From NCBI GenBank assembly GCA_051294375.1, contig CM119264.1, positions 17,000,278 to 17,064,277 on the forward strand: DNA of 64,000 nt, in the 5' to 3' direction. Source of the DNA: Paraspadella gotoi (lineage: Eukaryota > Animalia > Chaetognatha). The position numbers were made by a program, and so were the translations under genes. The notes under the pieces are model-generated. The model was not told the DNA's origin. It was given only the letters and a program-made list of their open reading frames with translations, and did not search any database. Shown here one piece after another: positions 14,930 to 27,669 of this stretch; position 1 is the first letter of the stretch, and every line of letters begins with the position of its first letter.

Positions 14930-15990
14930 ATGAATGGTACTGTGCAGAGAAAGAGAAATGGTGAAACCGAAAAAAAAAACGAAGAGAAAAGAAAGATGAG
15001 GACGAAAGAAGAGGTGAGGCTCAGTTCGGTCACTCATGGGTACTGGGTAGTGGTGTCAGCTGACTGTGACCCGTTCCCTCTCTCATTTTTCGATGAATCT
15101 GGATGTGCCGAGAGTTGACCGGGTTAGGTCTTTTCATAAATGGGCGAATGGATAAAAGGTGGTGACGACGCCTCTAATTGACACTTTTTTTTTGGCTTTG
15201 AAATCCTTTGAAATTTCCTCCAAATCATTTTAATTATATAAAATATACTTTAGTTTCATTCAACGATTGATTATCACCGTTATTTCGCATATTTTTTTTT
15301 AATCGAAGATAAGACTGGACATCTTGACAGAATCTCTTTTGTACGTATCGATAACGTTATTCCTTTCACAAAGTGGAATGTCGCCTGTTATCACCTCTCG
15401 ATCGTCTTGTCAATACTCTGTCGTCTCATCCATTGTTCGAGGCAAATCGTTGACGAATATTATATGTTGCGTCGTCCATCTCAATCGAAACTCTTTTTTA
15501 ACGTATCACTTGAGTATTGAACTACGTAATCAATGCAACGTTTCACTTTTGACGGTAAAATACATAAAAGAACTTTTTATTCATTTTCTTGAAATTTTTT
15601 ACCCCACCGGAGTTTAATTAGGACTGCCACGACTTACTTTTTCTTCACGTTCAGAATTATAATGGATATGCAAAACTAATTCCATCAAGGAGCGTTCTTT
15701 TTCTCCTTTCGTGAAAGCTTGGTGACAGCTTTTAAATCCTCATTAAGTGTCCGTCCGAACTAGACGAGATATAAATTAACACAGAACTAATTCCTTATTT
15801 AAATAAAACGGACCGATCGATTATTAATTAATGTACGACAAATAAATAATAACAATAATTCGTAATATAATAGCGTGTTTTAAAATTCCCATTCACAGGG
15901 AAAGCGGAGCTTTTTTCGGAAATTGAAAAAAACAATCGAGGCCGGACTTATCGAGATCAACAACGATAATAATTCAATTCTTATTTTCAT

Positions 15991-16056
15991 CGACCAATCA
16001 GAAAGAGCGTGAAACACAATTAGAGGCTCAAACCAATCAAAGAGGCGGAATTCGAA
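15991..16056 (+). promoter_or_regulatory. Candidate promoter: two CCAAT (NF-Y-type) boxes plus an E2F/CHR-like motif
   Basis: accaatca with CCAAT at 15994 and 16033, followed by ggcggaattcgaa (16044-16056), at the edge of a CpG-richer region. Motif match only. Confidence 0.3.
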
Positions 16057-18852
16057 TGGAGCTGTCGAAATCTCTTACCGGTCTCACAGTCCTCACCTGG
16101 CTGCTTCTCTCTCTCCTCTCATCTCTCTCTTCTCTCTCTCTCCTCTCTCGTTCTCTCCTCTCTCTCTCACTCTGCTCTCTTCCCTTTCGATCTTTTTTTT
16201 TGCTTCGTCAAGTTCGAAAACTCGGCGAGTGGAACTCGAAGGTGGAAGGCAAGAGGGGTCCGTCCGACCTTGGCGCTCTTGCCCACCTCCGGCCGCATTT
16301 TCTTGACCCGGGTTTTCGCCGAGAGAAACGGTTTTCCCGCTCAGGTCAGCTTCTCTCTCTCCGTCTCTCTCTTTCTCGTCTATTCTCGTTGTCGTCTCTC
16401 TCTCTCTCATTCTCTCTCTCTTCCTCTGTCTCTCTCTCTCTCGTCTCCTCTCTCCTCTCATCATGTCTCTCTCTCGGTCGGCGCAACTTTGATTTTTTTT
16501 TCCCCTCTTTTCCTTCGTCTAGTTTAAGTTGTCTCTTTAATTTGAGTCTTTTTCTTTTTCTGAAGTCTCTCGCGCTTTGGAATAAATACGGATCATTAAA
16601 ATTTGATCATTAACTGGATTAATAAACTAAAACCAATTATGAATCTTGTTTATATTTTTTAACCAATAAATAAAATCTAAAAAATAAAAAAATAAAAAAT
16701 AAAGATAGAGAAATAAGTAATTTTGCAACTTTCAATAAAGATAACAAAATATGTAATTTCGGTTCTCTTTCTCCCGCCACGAGACTTCCTTCCTTTCTCT
16801 TCAAATTTGATGCTCTTACTTTGGGTCTTCTTAAATCATTGCATTGAGTCTTCTTCCGCTCATCATGAGCTTTTCTTCTCCAACCCCATTTTTCTCGAAC
16901 GATTTTTTACTCATCGGTTATCTCCATTTTGGGTCTTCCTCTGTCCACCTCAATCTTTCCTTCCACCTAAAATCTTCCCTCTACCACTGCAAATCTTCCA
17001 CTCTCCACCCCAAATCCTTCTCTCCTACCGCAAATCTTTCCCTCTCCCACCTCGGGCTTTTCTTCATTCCGAATCGAATTGAGTTCGCCGTTGGTGAACG
17101 AAAGCAAACGCGTTGGGAGAGAACGTGCGCGCGTGCGATTCGGTTAGAGAACACCAGCCGCGTGCGATTATAGATAATAAGAGCCATCGCGTGCTTTAAG
17201 AGAATATTATACGTGCATTGTGCTTGATTAGAAAACAGGCAATGCGTGCATTATCGAAAAAAAAAGAGAATAAATTGAGAGCCATAACAGGCCGTTTTCG
17301 TTTGAGAAATGTTGAAAAATTAAAACCTTTGAAGCTATGAAAACACATTGAAATGTATTGAACGTATATTGTCTTAATTAGGAAATAAAAATATCATTTT
17401 TAGGAGTTAAACAGTACGCTGTCATTATTCGGAAATAGTTTAAGCAGTTGCCTTGCACGATGTTTAACTTTCAATTGTTTGTTTCCTTTGTTTCTTTTTC
17501 TTTTTCTTTCTTTTTCTCCCAGACGCAAGTCACATTCAATAAGATGTTCTCCTTCTAATTTTCACCCGTCCCTTTTTTTCTTGTTCTTTCATTCCGAAAT
17601 GTTTTTTCTCTAGATTCTCCTTCTTCTATTTTCCCAGGCGTCTTCTTCCCCTCTCGTCCTCCATTTAATTCTCATCGCGAATTCAGTATGAAAGTCACGC
17701 GCGATTTTTACAACTTTCGTTTCCTCGACGGTTTTTCTGGAAGACGCGCGGTTTTCGCTTCCGGGCTCAAAGTTGCGTATATGATATTGCAACCCGCCGG
17801 TCCTGGGGTTTTTTTGCCGAAGGTGCACGCGCGCCGTGCTCGAGGTAAGCTACGTAAAAAAAAAAGTAAAAAATAGGCTCTTATTCCTAGTGGGCTGAGC
17901 TCGCTGGGAATGCAGCGTTGGCGTAACTTGAAGCTTTTAGGTTAGGTTGAGAAGCAGTTTGATACCGGATACGCTTTTTGTTAAAAACTCGATCAGACCC
18001 TAAAAAGGTTTCCGGCTCCTTCTTTTTAAGTCTCGCCTTGCGGTTGCTTCTTCAGCAAAATTTCAATTCGGTCGATTCGTGTTAAACTGGCGTTCAATTT
18101 TGAGCAACGTTATCTCGTCACTTGGAACCAGAAGGGTACAGGCGTTATAAATTAGTATGAAACAATAGGCAAAGAAATAAATCGAATCACATTAACAGTT
18201 TAACTTCTCAGGGGAGAAAATAGTCGAACGAATTAGTCTAATATCAAATATCCAATGGACAACGGCCACATAATATAGGTTGAGTTTTATACCTCGTTTC
18301 CACATGGAACCTGTTTCGGTAAACAATTTAATCTGTGAGAAGATTGGAACGGGAAATTCTTTTATGCCCGAGAGTCGATTGGAGGTAGTATGACGACTCT
18401 CAGAGTAGACATCATTTTGGGAGAAATATTCTCAAGTAGAATCTTCCCCAAAATCGCTTTACGATTTACTTGAAACGATTTACGAATTAATTTTCGGAAC
18501 CGCATCTTAGTTAGTATAATTAGTTTCCCATTGAAAAATCTTCCAATCCCTTCATTTCTAGTGCGGCTCATGTCTCTTTTATTTCTTGAGAATTAATTAA
18601 AAAAGATCTTAACATGATATGTCAAATTCTTAAAATACAGAGCAAAGTGTTTTAACTTAAAAGTAAAATAAAAGTAAAAATAAAAAAAAAAAACAAAAAA
18701 AAAACTGAGACTCTCAATGAGAAACAATGAGAAAGTATCATTGAATAAATTTTTTTTTATCGGAGGGAGTTGGGTTAATAATAGAAGAAAAAAATATCGG
18801 CCAAATCTCTCTCTGGCTCTCCTCTCCTCCGTCCTCTCTCGTTCTCGTCCCT

Positions 18853-18897
<45 letters not shown>

Positions 18898-19727
18898 TCT
18901 CTCTTTTCCTTTAGCTGGACGAAGAGAGAGAATTAAAAACTCTGTGAGCGAATTGGCGGAGCTCGAGTTTGTCGAGGGGACAAGGAAAAGGGGAAAGGGG
19001 AGAGTGGTAGGGGGGAAGGTGGAAGGTGGAGGCGGGAATGGGGAGTGGGAAATGGTGAGGGGAAAAGGGGAAGTGGAAAAAGAGAGAGGGAAAGAGACGA
19101 AAGAGTGGAGAGGGTGATGTCAGAATTTGAGGTCGGGGAGAGAAGATCGAGAGAGAAACTTTAGATTAGGAAAAAAAGAAAAGAGAAAGGAGATCACGTG
19201 GAGGAAGAAGGAGAGAGAGAGAAACGGGCAGAGCGAATAGCGGGGCTCAGGAATCCAAGGCCCAAAGAAGGAAGAAGCAAATTGAAAGATTTGTCTTTGG
19301 AACGAGGATGAAAACGACGACGACAACGACGACGATGACTTCGTCGGCGACGACGACAACGACGACGGATTCGAGGAATAGATGGATGGCGCTTCGGCGG
19401 AGACGAACGGGCGCCGACCAGCGGCTAATGGCGCCGGGGAGAGGAAGAAAAGAAAGGAAAGAAATGAATAAAGAAAAGGAAAGAAAGGGAAAGAAAAAAG
19501 GAAAAAGTAGAATGAAATAAAGGACGGAATAGAGGAAAGAAAAACGGAGGGAAGAAAGAAAAGAAAAAAAAAGAGAGAAAAAAAAAATCCAACACCAAAC
19601 AGAAGGACGGCGACAAAAAGAAAGAAAAAAAAAGAAAATTGAGCGGAGGAAGATGAAGAAAAGAAACGAGGGAAAAGAAAAAAATACAATACTAAAAAGA
19701 AAAGGAGGAAAGAAAGGGGAGGACGAA

Positions 19728-19766
<39 letters not shown>

Positions 19767-20056
19767 AGAGGAATCTACCAAATTGAACAGATAATGAGCG
19801 GGAAAAAAATGGGGGGGAGAAAAAGAGAGTGAGGAAAGAGTGAATGGGGGTCGAGTTTGTGGAGGAAAAAAACCAAATTGAAAAGAATGAAGATAGAGAT
19901 AGAAGGGATTTCGAGTGAGAGAAACAGAGATAGCGAGAGAGAATAAGAGAGAAATATACGAGACGAAGAGAGAGAGTAAGAGAGAGAAGAGAGAGAGAGA
20001 AACCGAGATAGCGAGAGGAATAAGAGAGAAATTACGAGACGAGAGAGAGAGTGAGT

Positions 20057-20132
<76 letters not shown>

Positions 20133-20989
20133 CAAAAATTCCATGTTAGATTGAATTTTTGGTAGGACCACGGGGTCTACTGTATTATTGAAAAAAAATA
20201 TTTACCATCTTTGAGATAAAAACCAGATTTCTTTAAATGAAGTATTTATCACACGCCTGTATAATATTGACGAAAGTAAGCTAAAACGAAATTACGATAT
20301 ATTCTCATGAAATAATGTGAATAAGAAATTGAAAACAAAAGAGCAACCACAAAAAAAAAAAAAAAATAAAAGAAAAAATAGAAAGAAAAGAAAAAGAACG
20401 CTGGAAGGAGATTGGAAACGTCGGGGCTTGAATAAAGAAATTCGACTCTTAGAACAAAGTCAAGGACGGATCGAGGCTAAAAAAAAAAATTAAAAGAAAG
20501 AATAAAAAAGGAGATAAAATATTATCGCGTTGTGGCAGAAAAAGAAATTCGATTCGTGACTGAAAAGGCTGAAGCTAAAAATGATTGGTTTCTTCAAGCA
20601 CTCGATGTTTGCGTCGTCGTGAAAATGAAGGAGCCTTTCTTATCCTCAGTCTTAAGGTGCTTCACAATTTACTCTCAATCTCACTCTCTCTCTCTCTTCC
20701 GCTATGGATGATGTCACCAAACGCTGATCCATTTTCGTTTTGTGCGTATGGGATGTGGTATAAAATATAAGATCATAATAAGACATATAATAATATATGT
20801 TTAATAAAATAATGTATAACATTAAGTATCAATCATTTAAATAAAACTCACTTAAACTTCTACTGAACATCAAATGGAATTTTTAAACTCATTTAAATCG
20901 TCCCCGTCACAAACGCTTCCCGTCTTTACTCTTGTCTGGCACCTCTCTAAATTTCTTTTTCCTCACCTCACAAATTTCCCCTGTGCAAT

Positions 20990-21385
20990 TCTAACTTCAC
21001 TCTCACCTTACTGTTACCTCCAAAATCCTTCCTCCCCTTCATCTTCCAAATCTCTCTTTCCGTCACCTAATAAATCTATCCTCCCCATAACCTCACAAAT
21101 CCTTCCTCATCTTCACCCTCAAATCCTTCCTCCCCTTTATCTTCCAAATCTCTCTTTCGAGTCAGCCTCCCAAATCCTTCGTCTACTTCACCCTCAAATC
21201 CTTCCTCCCCCTCGACTCTCAAATCCTTCCTCCCCTTCATCTCCCAAATCTCTCTTTCAAGTCAGCCTCCCAAATCCTTCACCATCAAATCCCTCCTACC
21301 CCTCTCCACCCAAATCCCTGCTCCCCTTAACCTCCCAAATCCTTCCCCTTAACCTCCCCAAATCCCTCCTCCCTCTAAACTCCAA
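20990..21385. repeat. Degenerate pyrimidine-rich minisatellite
   Basis: More than 15 imperfect ~20-22-bp units with the core 'cct(c)ccaaatcc(tt)c'. It produces the spurious P/S/L-rich ORF 20874-21416. Confidence 0.75.
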
Positions 21386-22695
21386 ACTTTTATGGTCGAC
21401 GCCAAAGAGACGATGATGGAAAAACCCATTTCAATAAAATCCCAACGAGCGAAAAGGTCGAGAGGTAAGGTTAGCACCATATGGCATGGTTCATAAGGCA
21501 AGGTAACAAAGTCGGGAAAGCGAAAGGCCTGGCGAAAGGATGGCACCGAATCTCACGCGGTTAATGAAGCGGAAAAAAAAAAGGGGGAATTGGATATAAT
21601 TGAGCGGCTGCTCATTGCCAGTCTTAAAAATTGAGGGAATTTCGGGATGTCAAGATTTAGAGAGCAGGGGCGAGGGGGAGGGGGGAAAAAGGTAGATATA
21701 AAGTGAAACCAAACAGACTACCAATTCCTTTTGGTTCATTTCTCTTCTTTTCTCTCGCGCTCAATCTTTCTCTTTTAATCTCTCACTCGCTCGTTCTTTC
21801 TCTTTCGTCAGCCACCAAATAACAGGTGGCGATAACAGCCGGAAGAAGAGAAGCGCGCAAGCAAACCAGGTGTTAATGTCAGAAAAGACATGTAAAGCCG
21901 TGTTAGGACAAAATATAACATTTTTTACATTCATTTCTCAATTCTAATATTCCTCGTACTAAAAAGCAGAAATGTAACTCTCAGCAAAAGATAAAGTCAA
22001 TGAGAGCCAAATAATAATAAAAAAAATTAATTAAAAAATTCAATAGTTCACTCCGTCGAAATAAAATGAGAATTTATGTTCGTCTCAGTTTAATTCGCCG
22101 CCGCAAAACCGAAAGTGGTTTCCCGTGGGGAAAAATGGAGAAAAAAAAATTTTAAAGGATCGACGCGCCAAAGTCTGAAGTGACTGACTGACTTCTCGTG
22201 AAACTCGAATCGGAAAAGAAGAAGAAAAGAAAGGAGAGAGAAAATTGGATGTGACTCCTTGATCACTTTGAAGCTTAGTCGCTTTTAAAAGGGAGATGTT
22301 GAAAAAATATGGGGAGGTTTAAATTTAGAATTAATTCGAACACTAAACGAAAACGATTTTTTGAAAACAGAAATAATTCTCAAAATCTTAAACATTCTCT
22401 AATAGTTTGGATTTAAATAGTAGCGTGGTATTTGTCTTGAAGATTACTTATTGCTTATAATTGGCTTCAATTTTCCGTACTTATCTTAAATATTTAAAAA
22501 ACAATTTTAGTTAAAATGCTTTCTTACAGATAGATATACCCTTTCTCCTATGTAAAAGAATAAAACAAGAAATCAATCATGAACCGACGGTATCGTGATA
22601 AAATAGCAAATCAGGTTATAAAATATATAACCATAAATGAAACATTTTTGGTTTAGGAATATAATAATTATTACGATAACAAGTTTAAAAACTAT

Positions 22696-23028
22696 TGGCG
22701 GATGGAAACTTAACGGATTCGACAGTTGGGTTTATACTTGATTGGTTTTAACCGGGGGTCGAGTCTAAATCTTTCAGGAGAAAAAAGATTTGAAAATAGG
22801 AAAGAAAGACTCATGAAAATAGAGGGCACGAAGGTCCTTTTTTGTTTGTTTATAAAAAGTGAGTTTGTACTGATGTAATATCACTACGCGTTGGAAACAA
22901 CTGTTCCGCACTGTGCTAACGCTTAATCTCTGGTCGGAACAGCCCTTGCAAAAAGAGTGACTGGCCGGTTAAACCACCGGTAGCATGCCTACCTCCGTAT
23001 CCAAGTTCCGGAAAGCAAGGCAACTGAC
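22696..23028 (+). mobile_element. Possible old tRNA-derived SINE copy
   Basis: A-box-like tggcggatgg (22696) and B-box-like attggttttaacc (22741). The 3' part 'cttgcaaaaagagtgactggccggttaaaccacc..gcaaggcaact' resembles the reverse complement of 60440-60504 ('cttgtaagagtgatggaggccttaaaccacc..gcaagatagct'). Confidence 0.3.
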
Positions 23029-23551
23029 GGAAAAATCAGAAAAGAAATAACTAAAATAATTATATTATATGTACTATACTATACTATACTCCTATACTTC
23101 TAAGCTAGTGCATTAAGCAAGATTCATGTTCTTGTCATGAATTTCGGAATTTTAGTCACAAGAAAGAATCGTTGCCGGAATAACCAAGTTATACATTATC
23201 TTACGTTCGGCGACTCAATTTGGGTGACAGTGACAACATAGAAAAAGAAAAAAATGGAGCTTTTAAAAAGCTACGAAGGAAGAATGTCAAGTAAGGGAGA
23301 GAGAGAGAAAGAGAGAGTTTTTAAAGTATTAAAAATAACCAATATCATTTTCTCTCCTATTGTCAATATTATTATAAAGATTCTATATTATTGTATATTC
23401 TTAACCTTTTCCAGTATAACTTAAGAAAACCTTCTACCAGAAAAGGAAGAAAGAAAAAAAAAAGAATAAAAGATTGAAGATAGAAGAGGTGAAGAGACGA
23501 GAAAACGGGGCAGAGAACCGGGAGAATTTGAAGAGGGAGGTCAAAGCGAGT

Positions 23552-23651
<100 letters not shown>

Positions 23652-25049
23652 GGAGAGAGAGAGAGAGAGGTTCCAGCGTAAGAAGAAAGAAGATCCTCGA
23701 TCGGGGCCTCGCTGGACTCTGCCTTGCTTGCCTCCACCGCTCGGTCGGGTCCTCGTCGTATTTCTCAATGGCTCCCGGCGAAAAGTCCTCATCCACTGGA
23801 AACATTCATTTTCATTTAGGGAATGTGAGGTCGAACCACCTTTTCTCGCGGACTCCGCGGAGGAAAGGGAGTCGGGATGGGCGATGGGGGGGGGGTATGA
23901 GTTGAAAGGCTGCCGGTGATGAGACGTGCCAGCCAACGCAAAGAGGGAAAAGAAAAGATAAAGAAAAACGCGGAGGAAAAGAAAAGAAAAAAAGAAATTT
24001 AAAAGAATGTCGCGGCGGAAGCAAAGTTGGCAATCAACAGTAGCGGAGCCGAAACAACTCGGTGCCTTTTTTAGAACCTGATTTATGTGGCGTCTAAAGA
24101 AGCAGTCAAACAAATTCAAGCAAGGTGCGTTGATAAGAAAGAAGGTTCCGCGAGGTGGGAAGGCGAATGCGGGGTAGAAAAAAGGAGAGAAAGAGATAAG
24201 ATGTTTAGAGAGAGAGAGAGAAAAATAGAGAGGAGGGCAGAATCAAATGGTAAGTCGGTAGGAAGGTCGGGGAAAAGGAAATCGATAATACAACCGTCTA
24301 AATGGGCGTTTAAACGGGGAAATGTCCTCGATTTGTCAACATAACTGCCAAATGGAGCCACATTGCGCCCCGACGCTCCCAGCCAGGGACGCGGGCGTAT
24401 TAAAAAGAAGGAAAACTATAAAAACCCGCGCGTGTCTCTGTTAGGCGCTCGCTCGTAAAAACGGAAACGAAATTTAAATTTAACACCACCGAGATGTGAT
24501 CATTCTTAAATTCATTTTCATGTTTCCATGTATTTTTAAAACGCCGATAAAAATTATTCGAGAAGGCTAATTTTAAAAATTTCGGGTGCAAACTATTTTT
24601 TTTTAATTAACCCGCGATTTATTGCTCTCGGTCACGAATGTTAAAAAAAAATTTGTGTTCAAGGATGCCAAAGGAAACAAGTCNNNNNNNNNNGAGAATC
24701 GTTTATGTGCATAATCTCGTTTTAAAAGCAGATGTACTCGAGGAAAGCAAGCAGCGGGGGAAGCAAAAAAAAAAAAAAAAAGAAAATTGTTAGAGCGCGA
24801 GGAGGCGAGAGCGGGGAAGGAGCGAGGAAGGAGGAATGAAGAAAGAAGTAAAGGTTGAATACATTCGAAATTGTTTCACGTCTATAATCACCATCGAGCA
24901 TTGTCTTACTCACTCGTTAATTCCCTCCCTCACTCTCCCTTAGTTGGCGTTGCGAGATGTAATTTCAATTTTGAATCGAGTTGCTTCATTTAGTTAATGA
25001 GAAGCGAGACTGATGGACAGAATGAGAAAAAATCTCGCTCTCGCTTTCT

Positions 25050-25149
<100 letters not shown>

Positions 25150-25785
25150 ATTCTCTCGCTAAGATTGCTGCAATACAGCTGAAAAGTCTCATTTGCATGT
25201 GCGAGGTTTGTCGGGGCGAAGAGAAGAGAGACCTTAAACGCTCCGAGGTTTAAAGAAAAATCGGAATTCCTCGCGTGAGATATTTCATTTTTTTAAATGC
25301 AACGAAAAAAATTGAGGATATAAACATGGGGTCAGGTAAAACGGATAAACTGGCTTAAATTTACGAGAATCGCTGTTAAATTGGTTATTTTTTTGTTTTT
25401 TTTGTCCGAGTGGGAGCTCAAAGGAAAAAGAGTCACGTTTCGGTCTTTATAAGTATATTTGAAACTTTTACTGAAAATACACGAGAATTAGAATGAATAT
25501 TGAATTGATTTAGAAATAAATATTAGAGTTACATAATTAGTGACACATCGATTTTTTAGACCCAATTATTTCCAGTTTTCAACAATATACGTTTTAATAG
25601 GTTTTTTAAATATTTTATACGCTTCGCGATCAGTCTGAAGATAATATTGTATTTAATGTCGTAGAAGTCATGTTCTTCATCCTCCTATTCTGCCCGTTCG
25701 TCATCGCCTTTAAAAGTCCCGGATTGTTCTATTTGTCGATCGATTTTTTCCGTAAGAGAAAATATCGCGGCAAGTCAGTCTCAGT

Positions 25786-25910
<125 letters not shown>

Positions 25911-26940
25911 AGTTTTGACTAATGTTAATAATAAAGGGTGAAGAGACGAATTGTTACCTAATTAATTTTTGTCGTCAAAGTAAAGTTCGTCAACGTCATT
26001 TTCAATATTACTTTTACAAATTAATTTTTGCTTCGATTTGACGTTCATGAAACTTTTGTCATTTTAAAAGGCGTCATTTCCTCTGTTGTCGTCGACGTTA
26101 ACCTCATAATAATCACAACCGTGACCTCGAGTCATCTTTATAAGAGCCACTCTAACTGCGTGAAAAAAAAAAGACTGAACAAAAAAAGTAGGGGAAATGT
26201 TGTGAGAGCGGACAACAAGAATTGACCGGTCAAAAGCGAAAAGAAAAAGAGCCATAATAGAGGAAAGAGGGTCAGAGCCACCAAAACCGCCGGAGAAAAA
26301 AAAAAGGGTCAAAAAAGGGGAAACCGGAATGTGAGTGAAAACTGGGAACGATGGGGTCACGAGGTTGACGGGACAAGAGAGCAAAGGAGATTGCTGAAAA
26401 GGGGAAAGAGCGGGAAGGCAAAGGAATGGGCGATTCCTACACAGGGAAAGTGCAAAAGAGAAAAAATAACGCGAGATTTCTGTGAGGCAGAGCTGAGAGT
26501 AAGTGGACAAAGAAATGAGAAGATGAGAGAGAAAATAAGGCGTTGCTGCGAGGGGAAATTAAGAGGAGTTAATTAAAAGGGAAGAATGGACTAAAGAATG
26601 ACTAAAACAGAGAGAGAGATAATACACAGTATTTAAGAAACTGAAACATCATTTAAAGAGTGAGAGAGAGATGGAGAGCGGCACTCAAATAAGAGAAATA
26701 CGAATTTGGAGACGCGAGATTCGAAGCCAATGCAACGGAACTCCCAATATAACTGAACAACGATAACAATAAACGTGGACGCGATGGAACTCACTGTAAC
26801 TGCGGCGGCCGTGACGATCTCTCGGGTCCAGTTGAACCAGGACAAAAGATTGAAAAATGGACCAAAATAAAAAGAGAAAGAGAAAGAGATAAAAACAAAC
26901 AAGAAAAACGATGGGCGCGTTGAAAACAGAGTGAGAAAAT

Positions 26941-27596
26941 ACTTTCTCAGATTTCGACCTCGCCCCACTTTCCTCCTTCGAACTACCTCCCTCTCACATC
27001 TCTCGCCTGGGGAATATAAAAATGTTGGAAGGGGGGGGATTTATTCTCCTTCTCCCCCCCCCCGTTTACTTTTTCTCGGTTTTTTCTTATTTTTTATATT
27101 TTCTCCTTCCATCGTTCTCGATTTCCTCTCCGGCGCCTCACCTTCCCCGGAAATTGTTGTAGTTGTTGATGATGTTGTCGTCGTCGTTTTTCATAGATGC
27201 CAAGACGTCGGTGTAAAAAGTTAAAACTTTAAATCTTTCACGAGTCACTCGGAAAAGGAAGACGTAAAGCGCAACGGGTAAAAATCTTTTTATTGCTATA
27301 CCAATATATAATGATTATAATTGTATTTGAAATTATTCTTAGTGGAAAAAAGTAGAATTAGATAATTAAAAAAAGTTCAGCACCATTGTACTACTACTTT
27401 TGTCTAATAATTGATTTCTTAGCACCTAATATTTTTCATAAGAACGGCGTGATATTTTAATAGGGCATCTTTAGCTGCTCTAGACAATGATTTTTCGCAG
27501 AGAACTACAACTCGTAGAATCTCTGTATCTCTCTATGTCTCTCTCTTCTCGCTCTCTCGCTCTCTCTTTTTCTTCTTATTTTGTTTTCTCTTTTTT

Positions 27597-27669
<73 letters not shown>

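Noticed and set aside
20874-21416. 180-aa Pro/Ser-rich ORF
   Set aside because: It coincides with a degenerate pyrimidine minisatellite.
23670-23805. ORF start [24 protein letters not shown].. on the minus strand
   Set aside because: It looks protein-like but runs into (CT)n without a donor site, and I recognise no family; unsupported without RNA data.
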